16,468 nucleotides of DNA from Bacteriovoracia bacterium (GCA_046570105.1 JBKHVI010000056.1:1-16468), one strand, 5' to 3'. Shown: positions 8,618 to 16,359, numbered from the stretch's first letter. Program-made: numbers and translations. Notes: generated by a model not told the origin, from the letters alone.

Positions 8618-8734
8618 CTAGGTCACCGCTTTTTAATTTCTCCGGCACTTTCTTGACTACCATCTCCCTGTTTACGTTGGGGGAGGGTAGTCAAGAAATC
8701 AGTGCCGGTTTCTTAAACGATTGCGGTGACCTAG
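8618..8734. repeat. 117-nt imperfect inverted repeat (long hairpin)
   Basis: CTAGGTCACCGC/GCGGTGACCTAG (12 bp), TTTAA/TTAAA, CCGGCAC/GTGCCGG, TTTCTTGACTACC/GGTAGTCAAGAAA (13 bp) and CTCCC/GGGAG, closing a 12-nt loop. Confidence 0.9.
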
Positions 8735-8743
8735 CTGAACCTT

Positions 8744-9502
8744 TTAAGTTGTTTTCCCCATAATCTCTGTCATGACATTTTGAAGAGTTGTCTCTTTGTT
8801 TTGAAAGTAGGCGAGAGAAGTGAGGGCCGGTGTTCCGCGAATAAGTCCCTCATCCACCACAAAGATGTAGTTATGATGGCCTATTAAGTCGGCATTAGTT
8901 TTTAGAAGGGAGAGATAACTTTTATAAATGGAGAGTGTGGGAAATACAAAGATCACAAACCGATAGCGCTTCTCGTCTTTGTAATGAGCGATCTTCTCCC
9001 ATGCCCGATCTTTCGTCTTTTGCGTAAGTTCAATTTCTAGCAAGAAGTTAATATTCACACCATCCACTTCAATTTGAAATCGAGCATCAGGTCTAATTCG
9101 CTGGAAGCTATCCTTGTATTTAATTTCTAGCTCCTCATGTTCCAGACTAAAAGCTTCAAACGTGTAATTCTGGGACATGAACCTTAAATAAAGGGCGACT
9201 CTCGAGTCATGAAAGATGTTCTGGTCATTATAAACATGGCCCACATGTCCATGAGGCGAGATGAGTGAGTTACCCTCAAATGTTAAATGGATGCGCTTAG
9301 TTTTAGTCCATACATCCTTAAATCCTTTAATCACTCCATGCTTTTCTAGTCGCTGGATGATCTTATGAAATCCTTTGTAAGAGGATGGATAACCGCTCTC
9401 TTCGAACAATTCTTTTATGCTCATGATCTTCCATTTAATGAGAGGCCTGATCAAATGCAGGTGGTAAGGGTTGATAGATAATAGGATGTCTTGATGTTTC
9501 AT
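8744..9502 (-). CDS. Replication-relaxation (Replic_Relax/MOBC-like) protein
   Basis: N-terminal winged-HTH (IQRLEKHGVI...IHLTFEG), HD motif, then RPD-x16-EIELTQKTKDR...KIAHY. Confidence 0.75.
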   Translation of the reverse strand: MKHQDILLSINPYHLHLIRPLIKWKIMSIKELFEESGYPSSYKGFHKIIQRLEKHGVIKGFKDVWTKTKRIHLTFEGNSLISPHGHVGHVYNDQNIFHDSRVALYLRFMSQNYTFEAFSLEHEELEIKYKDSFQRIRPDARFQIEVDGVNINFLLEIELTQKTKDRAWEKIAHYKDEKRYRFVIFVFPTLSIYKSYLSLLKTNADLIGHHNYIFVVDEGLIRGTPALTSLAYFQNKETTLQNVMTEIMGKTT

Positions 9503-9998
9503 TTGCTAACCTTTGGCCGAATTAAATTCGATCCTTCTATTAATTAAATTGTTTTCTTCTCTTGATTTAATTTCTTCTTCTTGCTAAATTAATTTCATCT
9601 TTCACCTCGCTTTAATTCAAAAAGCGCGATTTCCCTCTGAAAATCATCGAAAAACAGACAGCAAAACGCGTCTGCGTAAGAGGGCCACGATATGCCATGG
9701 TGGTAATGCAGCAATTTTTTTTTGAAAAAATATTTTTGAGATGAGTGGCTTGATGTAGTCGGGAGATGTCTAGTGATGTCGGGTGTTTTATTTGAATTGT
9801 TAAAAAATGGTAGGGTCGTATCTTAAGATTTGAATTGCTGACTTCGTCTTAAGTTAGTCTTGCGAGATATGGCTGAGTATATGAGTCTGTGAACATTGAA
9901 TAGCTGGAAGCATTAATAATAGATCTGAATTCAACTATCTTGCTTGTTTCCTGAATTAGGTTAAAATTTTTAAATATTAATTTTTTTGGAGCCTAACA

Positions 9999-10502
9999 TT
10001 GTTTAATTTCTTTGTGAGTCTGGTGGTTTTGTCTATTTTTTTTGATTCAGCAAATACATTTGCACAAGCGATGCCAGATGGAATCTCAACTGACAATGGT
10101 GAGACTACTTCTCAAACATTGGAGCAACAGGGTGGGGCAATTCCTGCTGTAGTTCAGCCTTCTACTAATATTAGAGATTACAAAACAACTCCAATCGACT
10201 TAATTCTTTTTCCTGAGGCGAAGACAGTTTTTTTGGGTGTTGATTACATAAGTAGATCTTCATCATATAGTATTGATTATGATGGTGATGAGTTACTTAA
10301 TTTTAAAGGTGAAAGTGATACTCTGACATTGAGTTCACTCTACGGGATAAATGATAAAATAGCACTCGGTGCAGAAATTTCTAGAGTATTTGATAATAGT
10401 GGAACAACGACATACGGCCCAGGGTCAACTCTGGATGGTGATAAGACTGAAACTAATAATCCCGGCTTGGATCAATTCCATTTGGATTTTTTTCTGGTTT
10501 AG
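9999..10502 (+). pseudogene. Probably truncated outer-membrane beta-barrel-like secreted protein
   Basis: GGAG SD plus TTG start, signal peptide, amphipathic beta strands (LSSLYGINDKIALGAEI). Stops after only a few strands, with no continuation in other frames. Confidence 0.5.
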
Positions 10503-10799
10503 GTACATTTGAGATATCAATATTGGCTACATAGTTTTCAGCATGAAAATTTCTTGAAGCGCATGATGTCAGAGTAATTACAGATATCAGTAATATATAA
10601 AATCTTAGATCCATGTTTCTCCCCCAAAGTTCTGAACTTATCGGTGAATTTGGGCGAAAGCCTTAGCGAAATCGTCGGTAATTTAAAATTTCTTTTATTC
10701 TAAAATTTAATGACTTAGCCCATTTAGCATCTTATGGGCAAGAGATGTAAAAAACACTAGTTGAAGCTTACGATCCGCTATTGCTACCTGGGAGAAGCA

Positions 10800-11216
10800 T
10801 TAATCATCCAAATAGACTTTGTGAGTCTCAAACCAGTTTTTTATATCCTCAATTTTCAAGTTAGAAGCAGCACAACTTTCAATCAAGTCTGCCAAGGCAT
10901 CTATGTCTTTCTCCTCATCGATAGGGTAGCTTAAGTCCATTCCATGCATATTAAGAAAGGTGATAGCAGTTAAAGCTCCTGTCCGCTTGTTACCATCAAT
11001 AAATGCGTGGGCCATGACGATGTAATAGCATAGCGCCCCTGCCACTCTTGCAAGGCCGCCGTGGGCAAATGGATAGAGACCAGGATAGAAGGCAGTGGAA
11101 ATGGCACTTTCGATTTTTGACGGATGAATACAGCTATGTGGATTACCAGCATCTTCACAAACCTGCCGATTTACTTCAATCACTGCTTCTAGCGTTGGCC
11201 GAACGATTAATCTCAT
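10800..11216 (-). CDS. doc: Doc-family (Fic fold) toxin
   Basis: HAFIDGNKRTG, the Doc-type motif with K; 138 aa; ATGA overlap with the upstream antitoxin. Confidence 0.9.
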   Translation of the reverse strand: MRLIVRPTLEAVIEVNRQVCEDAGNPHSCIHPSKIESAISTAFYPGLYPFAHGGLARVAGALCYYIVMAHAFIDGNKRTGALTAITFLNMHGMDLSYPIDEEKDIDALADLIESCAASNLKIEDIKNWFETHKVYLDD

Positions 11217-11440
11217 TTCAATTTATCCATAGCATTTTTGTGCTTTTTGAATGCCTTTTTTGCATGCTCAGCAAATACATCAGTTCGGACAGGTGCTAAT
11301 TCGATGGTCTGAGGCTCAGAAATAAACTTAGCAACCGCCAGATTAACAAGCTGAGAGAACTTAATTCCATTGGCCTCTAAGTACTCTTCAAGTTTATTTT
11401 CTAGCTCATCATCTAAGCGAACGGTTTTTGGCATACCCAT
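11213..11440 (-). CDS. Putative antitoxin with ribbon-helix-helix N-terminus
   Basis: KTVRLDDELENKLEEYLEANGIKFSQLVNLAVAKFI RHH pattern, AAGGAG SD, coupled to doc. Confidence 0.8.
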   Translation of the reverse strand: MGMPKTVRLDDELENKLEEYLEANGIKFSQLVNLAVAKFISEPQTIELAPVRTDVFAEHAKKAFKKHKNAMDKLK

Positions 11441-11451
11441 ATAAGTTCTCC

Positions 11452-11471
11452 TTGTAGTAATTCTACTACAA
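11452..11471. promoter_or_regulatory. Palindromic operator of the RHH-Doc operon
   Basis: TTGTAGTA-attc-TACTACAA immediately upstream of the SD. Confidence 0.65.
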
Positions 11472-11488
11472 ATGACTACTTCTGAAAA

Positions 11489-11508
11489 GTGGCGCTATTT
11501 TGGCGCTA
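11489..11508 (+). repeat. Putative integrase arm-type sites, right
   Basis: GTGGCGCTATTTTGGCGCTA, 130 bp inside attR. Confidence 0.75.
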
Positions 11509-11638
11509 AAATCATCGAAAATAGATAAAAAAAGATGAAAACAGACAACAAGGTTTGGACTCTGGATTTGTGATAACAGGCTGATATCGTTACATAAACT
11601 AGCAAAAATACTGAACTTTAAAAAATCGCTCTGAGCAC

Positions 11639-11704
11639 TCCCTTCCTGGCACCAAGATATAAAGAAGCCTCGAAGATGTTAAAGTCTTCGGGGCTTTTTT
11701 GTTT
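11639..11704 (+). repeat. attR direct repeat (66 bp): displaced tRNA 3' end plus terminator
   Basis: Matches 6718-6784 with one G deleted (CTGGCACCA vs CTGGGCACCA) and 3 substitutions. The hairpin probably also terminates the convergent GNAT gene. Confidence 0.93.
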
Positions 11705-11708
11705 CTAC

Positions 11709-12461
11709 CTAAGCTTGATCTTTACGTTTAAAAATATGATTGAACGGCGTCAAGGCATCCATCATAGAGAACATTTTTGGATTCCTGCTAGTGCAAACAA
11801 AGTGAGTACAGCCATGGCCCTCACCCGTCTTTTGAGTGAAGTTCATGAGATGAGAGAGCAGTCCTTTTCCTTGGAACTGAGGAAGAACAGCGACACTGTG
11901 GATGAATCCATTTTTCTTGATACAACTCAGGCCCGCAATTGCCATGGGTTTGTTTTTAGAATTTTTGATCACGACTAGCGGAATATGGGGCGATATAAGT
12001 TTGTTGAGTTTAAGCCATCGTTTAGTAAAAACAGAATCAACTCCAAAAACTTTTCCAGCGATTTGGTTGTAGAGTTCCTGCCCTTGCTTTGTTTCGAATG
12101 AGTGGACTTCATATCTTAGTTCAGAATTGGGAGGGAGTAAAATTTTTGGTTTCCATAGGTGACAGACTTGGTAATCTAAAATTTGATACCCGTGAGCTTT
12201 CCAAAATTTTTGATCAACTTTTCCTTCGATTGATACATAGCGATCTTTCCATTTCTCTTTTGCGAAATGTGATTCCAGAGTTCTTAACTGCTTTTCATTA
12301 AAGTTAACGTCGCCAAACACATGACTTGATAATGAATAATGGCAATAGGGCGCCAAAAAACTCCTAAAGCCATTTCCTTTAAAGCGTAATTCCCGAGCGC
12401 CGCTGTCTGACCAAATAGATTCAAGCGAGGGAAGGGAGTATTTCTTATTCTTTGTACTCAT
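11709..12461 (-). CDS. GNAT-family N-acetyltransferase
   Basis: C-terminal IHSVAVLPQFQGKGL acetyl-CoA-binding motif A; AAGGA SD. Confidence 0.8.
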   Translation of the reverse strand: MSTKNKKYSLPSLESIWSDSGARELRFKGNGFRSFLAPYCHYSLSSHVFGDVNFNEKQLRTLESHFAKEKWKDRYVSIEGKVDQKFWKAHGYQILDYQVCHLWKPKILLPPNSELRYEVHSFETKQGQELYNQIAGKVFGVDSVFTKRWLKLNKLISPHIPLVVIKNSKNKPMAIAGLSCIKKNGFIHSVAVLPQFQGKGLLSHLMNFTQKTGEGHGCTHFVCTSRNPKMFSMMDALTPFNHIFKRKDQA

Positions 12462-12548
12462 CTTTAAATCCTTCGTGAGTTAAATTTGGATTAGAATATT
12501 ATAAAAAAGATTTTTGAAGAGAGAATTTTTAAAACTTAAGCAGATCTT

Positions 12549-12920
12549 ATGATCCGAACCCATTTGAAAATCATCTTGCAGACTATCGGGCTAATCTTGC
12601 TATTAGGCATTCCTTTTGGTCTTTTACCTTATGTTTTAAATGACAGAGCACAACAGGTTTCAGCATTAGTATTGGGTGCATTGGTTATGATTGGATTAGT
12701 CTTTAGGATGTTTTTAAGATTGGGCTATGAGAAAAAAATGGCAGCCAAGACGACTGGGCTTATGTTTGGAGTGGTTTATACTAATACGCTGCTAGATTTC
12801 GCAAAAAAGAGAAACTATCAACTCTCAGATTTGGAATTTCCACTTTATATCTTGATTCTTATTTTGTTACTCGCTGCTCTTGTCCCAGACTTCATCTGGC
12901 CGGAGAAAAAATCTTCTTAA
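12549..12920 (+). CDS. Hypothetical membrane protein (about 4 TM)
   Basis: Four hydrophobic segments in 123 aa. Confidence 0.7.
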   Translation: MIRTHLKIILQTIGLILLLGIPFGLLPYVLNDRAQQVSALVLGALVMIGLVFRMFLRLGYEKKMAAKTTGLMFGVVYTNTLLDFAKKRNYQLSDLEFPLYILILILLLAALVPDFIWPEKKSS

Positions 12921-13046
12921 ACGAATGAACTTCATTTTTAAGTCGTTGTCGCTTTAGAAAAAAATTCACGAGTACATAACTTCTCTCATGCGCATGTCTC
13001 ACAAGCGGTATGACTGTCTCATAAAAATATTTCTGGGATGGTTGAT

Positions 13047-13589
13047 ATGAAAGCTTTGATGATGGTGATGATTCTTGCGTTCTCGTTTGGTGCGATGGCG
13101 AAAACGATTACGGTGAAAGTGGTGGATAAGAATGATCATCCGGTGGTGGATGCGCCGGTGTACTTGGAGATTTTGAAGAAGACGACTGAGTTCAATGGGC
13201 GAGGGGGTCTGCCGTTTCCGCGCTCGATTCACGTGCATGGACTTGATCGAGTGGTGAAGACCAATTCAGTGGGCGAAGCGCAGGTGAATATCGATGTGCC
13301 ACGTACCTTCAGAGATCCAATCTATCAAATAGGCGTCAAAGTGGTCGGTCGCTCGCGCTCAAATAGCATCTGGTCAAGTGTTGATCTGGGCCAGGGTGGT
13401 CCCTATGAGACAGGTTCATTTGTCATTCAAGAAGAGTACTGGAACCTCAAACTCACACCTAAAACCATTCCTTCGCACATCACATTTAGGACCTATTATG
13501 GCCTGGCGAGCGATGTTCCCGCGCAAATTCAGAGGGCCCTCGAGCAACTACGCCAATATGAGGTGGTGCCAGGCTTTTGGGGTGAGTAA
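13047..13589 (+). CDS. Secreted hypothetical protein, Ig/prealbumin-like N-terminus
   Basis: Signal peptide MKALMMVMILAFSFGAMA, then ITVKVVDKNDHPVVDAPV...KTNSVGEA. Start is 13038 or 13047. Confidence 0.7.
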   Translation: MKALMMVMILAFSFGAMAKTITVKVVDKNDHPVVDAPVYLEILKKTTEFNGRGGLPFPRSIHVHGLDRVVKTNSVGEAQVNIDVPRTFRDPIYQIGVKVVGRSRSNSIWSSVDLGQGGPYETGSFVIQEEYWNLKLTPKTIPSHITFRTYYGLASDVPAQIQRALEQLRQYEVVPGFWGE

Positions 13590-13638
13590 AATCTTTAGCC
13601 TATACTCTTGAGGGGACGAAATTCATCTAAAATGAAGC

Positions 13639-14478
13639 ATGCGTTTTTGGTGTTTTTTCGCCCTCATTCCTCTCTGTGCTCATGCCGGTATCTTCGGTGC
13701 GGATTCGCGCGTGGAGGCCTATCAGGCGAATTCTGAGGTCTATCAGCGCGCTCGCGCCACGCCGGCCTTAATACGCGAAGAGATGTTGGTGAAAGAGGGT
13801 GAGGACTATCTCGCCAAGCCGATGTCGCTGCAGAAAATGGGGATGTGCCGAGATACCGCTTTTGGAACTCAAAAGTCGCTCGCCAATTGCTCAGCAAGCC
13901 TCATCGCTCCTGATATTATTCTCACCGCCGCTCATTGCATTGAAACGATGGGAGCAGACAAATGCGGCAACTATCATATCGTTTTTGATTACGCTGAAGG
14001 TGAATCGATTGATCGCTTTAAGGCCGAACAGGTCTTTCATTGCAAGGATGTGCTGTATTACAAATACGATCTATGGAACGACAAAGAAGATTTAGCGATC
14101 ATTCGCCTTGATCGCGTGGTGACTGATCGTGCACCGATTAAGCTCTCAGCTGCGGGGCCTAAAGTTTCGGAGAGTGTTACGTTGTTGGGTTATCCCTTGG
14201 GTATTCCACTTAAGAGTGTTGATGATGGAGTGGTGAGTTTAGTGAACGCTCCACAATTAAGTTTTCGTCATAACCTCGATACCTTTTCTTGCAACTCAGG
14301 CGGTCCAGTGTTCAATGGAGAAGGTGAGCAGATTGGTGTGTTAGTACGCGGAACGGGAACCAATTTTGATACACGTCCTGATGCTGGTTGCTATGACTGG
14401 GGAAAATCCGGTGAGAAGGACTGGGCCGAGGCGAATTCTTTATTACACCTTAAAACTGTTTTTAAGCAGCTTTTTTAA
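13639..14478 (+). CDS. Secreted trypsin-like serine protease
   Basis: Signal peptide; CSASLIAPDIILTAAHC (His), DLAII (Asp), DTFSCNSGGPV (Ser). Confidence 0.9.
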   Translation: MRFWCFFALIPLCAHAGIFGADSRVEAYQANSEVYQRARATPALIREEMLVKEGEDYLAKPMSLQKMGMCRDTAFGTQKSLANCSASLIAPDIILTAAHCIETMGADKCGNYHIVFDYAEGESIDRFKAEQVFHCKDVLYYKYDLWNDKEDLAIIRLDRVVTDRAPIKLSAAGPKVSESVTLLGYPLGIPLKSVDDGVVSLVNAPQLSFRHNLDTFSCNSGGPVFNGEGEQIGVLVRGTGTNFDTRPDAGCYDWGKSGEKDWAEANSLLHLKTVFKQLF

Positions 14479-14704
14479 GACGATCAAGTCCATCCAAAAT
14501 GAAAACGCGTATGAGTACTTGGTAAGGTATACCCTGGGCTTCAGCAACAGCTTTTAGTTCTTGAATCGTTTTCTCATCAAGCGCTACGCTGGTGGGTTTT
14601 TTCGGTGAGGATTTAAATCGCTTCATCGCGGCCAGAATTTTGTCAGCTTCTAAAAGAGTTTCTGATTCATATTTCTTGAGTGATTTTGCGTAAGATTTCT
14701 TCAT
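14462..14704 (-). CDS. BrnA-like/CopG-family RHH antitoxin
   Basis: KKPTSVALDEKTIQELKAVAEAQGIPYQVLIR C-terminal RHH; downstream of and overlapping the BrnT gene. Confidence 0.85.
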   Translation of the reverse strand: MKKSYAKSLKKYESETLLEADKILAAMKRFKSSPKKPTSVALDEKTIQELKAVAEAQGIPYQVLIRVFILDGLDRLKKAA

Positions 14705-15023
14705 ACTGTTTTCTCTCTTTTTTGTTCGCATAGCGAGAACTAATAACTCTTACTTTTCCATTTCTGAGAACAAAGGCTACTTGTAAAATCCTTCCATTTA
14801 GATTCGGCCCAACAATACCTAATCTTTGTTCGTTCAAAGTAGGGCCAATCTGAATCCCAAGTGGAAGCGCAAGTCCTGAGCGAAAAACTGATTCTACTTC
14901 ATGTGTTTCAACACCATGTTTAGTAGCACTTTTAGTTTGATTGCCTTTATCCCACTCGAATTCAAAATGTGAAGTTTCCAAAATCCAATAAAGTAGCCAC
15001 TCAACAAACTCCCACTGGGCCAT
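14667..15023 (-). CDS. brnT: BrnT-family toxin (DUF497)
   Basis: FEWDKGNQTKSATKHGV...E..F...EQR..IVG...VRVISSRYANKKERKQYE. Confidence 0.9.
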   Translation of the reverse strand: MAQWEFVEWLLYWILETSHFEFEWDKGNQTKSATKHGVETHEVESVFRSGLALPLGIQIGPTLNEQRLGIVGPNLNGRILQVAFVLRNGKVRVISSRYANKKERKQYEEILRKITQEI

Positions 15024-15031
15024 ATTATACC

Positions 15032-15061
15032 ACACTATTATGACACTATAATAATAGTGTC
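15032..15061. promoter_or_regulatory. BrnTA operator repeats
   Basis: GACACTAT-aata-ATAGTGTC palindrome at 15042-15061, plus an extra ACACTAT half-site at 15032-15038. Confidence 0.65.
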
Positions 15062-15243
15062 CATTTATATTATTGGGTGAAGAGCTTTAGGCTTCATCCA
15101 AGGTCTGGAGAATTAATATGTGAGGGTTAGGGATGTCGTGACATATCTGATCCGATCCTTAAGATTTCTCATTTTTGAAATGGTAAATGCCATGATTATA
15201 ATTTTGGTTTCATGCTAAAATTTAAGCATTCAAGGAGCTCCCC

Positions 15244-15591
15244 ATGATGATTCCCGTCCATCTTAATCCAGGTGATACCTTAATTCGTGAAGGGGAGCCG
15301 AGTGATTGTATGTATATTGTGAAGTCGGGGGAGTTGATTGTAAGTAAGTTCGCCAACGATAAGCCGACCCATTTGGGATATATCAAGGCCGGGGAAACGA
15401 TTGGGGAGATGTCGTTTTTAGATGGACTCGTGCGCTCCGCTACCGTTAAGGCCCATACTGCCTGCGAGCTTCAAATGATTAATCGGCCCTATTTTGATCA
15501 GGAATTTAAAAACTCGAGTCAATTCATCCAGGCATTGTTAAAGGCCCTCTCTGGCCGTCTACGTCGTGCTGATAAACAATTGGTGACTTGA
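15244..15591 (+). CDS. Stand-alone cyclic nucleotide-binding domain protein
   Basis: GDTLIREGE..MYIVKSG...IGEMSFLDGLVRSATVKA; AAGGAG SD; no HTH. Confidence 0.9.
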   Translation: MMIPVHLNPGDTLIREGEPSDCMYIVKSGELIVSKFANDKPTHLGYIKAGETIGEMSFLDGLVRSATVKAHTACELQMINRPYFDQEFKNSSQFIQALLKALSGRLRRADKQLVT

Positions 15592-15702
15592 TACCGCATC
15601 AGTTTACTGGGTATTAGGCAGTTTTTTCTCAAACGCTCTTAGCTCTTCAGTCCTTTCTTAATCCATTCCGATACAGCTTCAAACTACTTCTAAGGATGGA
15701 AG

Positions 15703-16359
15703 ATGAAGCTGCTATTTATTGTCACAAGTTTATTCATATCTTTTCAGGCCATGTCTCATTCTGATGGCTCGACTTCAAAGAAAAAACCTAACTTCTTTCC
15801 TAGTGAACTAGGATTTGCAGATCAAGTCGCCACGCAGTTTATTAAAGTGGTCGGCGGAAAGCTCAGTGGCTTTAGTAAGGGATCGAAGGAGAAAGAAAAG
15901 ACGCTCGCTTCTTATGCCATCATCGAAGCGGTGATGAACTCGGAAACATTTAAAGAGCGCGTGATTAACTTTAAAAACTCACAAGGTGAGCGCAGCTATA
16001 CCTCGAATAAAGGTCTGACTAACGAGCAGGTCTATGAGTTTTTGATGACAGGTAAAGAGCTCATTCGTGGTGAATCAACTTTGGGTGAAATGAATTTTGA
16101 TGTCACTCGCTACTATCGCTGGTGGAGTAAGGTGATTGGCTATACCAATCCTGGTAAGACCAACACAATTCATGTCAATGGTCGCTTCTACTCGAAGTAT
16201 TCAGTGACTCAAATCGCATCGAATATCACTCACGAATGGATTCATTTGAATGGCTTCTATCATGATTCGGCCAGAGATCATGACTCTGTTCCGTACGCTG
16301 TCGGCTACATCATGGAAAGCCTCGCGGATCAGTACGTGCGTGATGGTTATATTGATTAA
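15703..16359 (+). CDS. Secreted zinc metalloprotease-like protein
   Basis: Signal peptide; HEWIHLNGFYH (HExxHxxGxxH) followed by SVPYAVG. Confidence 0.8.
   Translation: MKLLFIVTSLFISFQAMSHSDGSTSKKKPNFFPSELGFADQVATQFIKVVGGKLSGFSKGSKEKEKTLASYAIIEAVMNSETFKERVINFKNSQGERSYTSNKGLTNEQVYEFLMTGKELIRGESTLGEMNFDVTRYYRWWSKVIGYTNPGKTNTIHVNGRFYSKYSVTQIASNITHEWIHLNGFYHDSARDHDSVPYAVGYIMESLADQYVRDGYID

Larger units (their letters stand above)
6718..11704. mobile_element. ~5 kb tRNA-Leu-integrated element (int-xis-rep/relaxase, TA module)
   Basis: Flanking direct repeats of the tRNA 3' end plus terminator, tyrosine integrase, HTH excisionase, Replic_Relax-like gene and a visibly AT-richer interior. Confidence 0.92.

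Noticed and set aside
8618..8734. Retron msr/msd or CRISPR-related RNA
   Set aside because: No reverse transcriptase, cas gene or repeat-spacer array anywhere in the window.
6718..11704. Prophage or classical PICI
   Set aside because: No structural, terminase, primase or divergent repressor genes.
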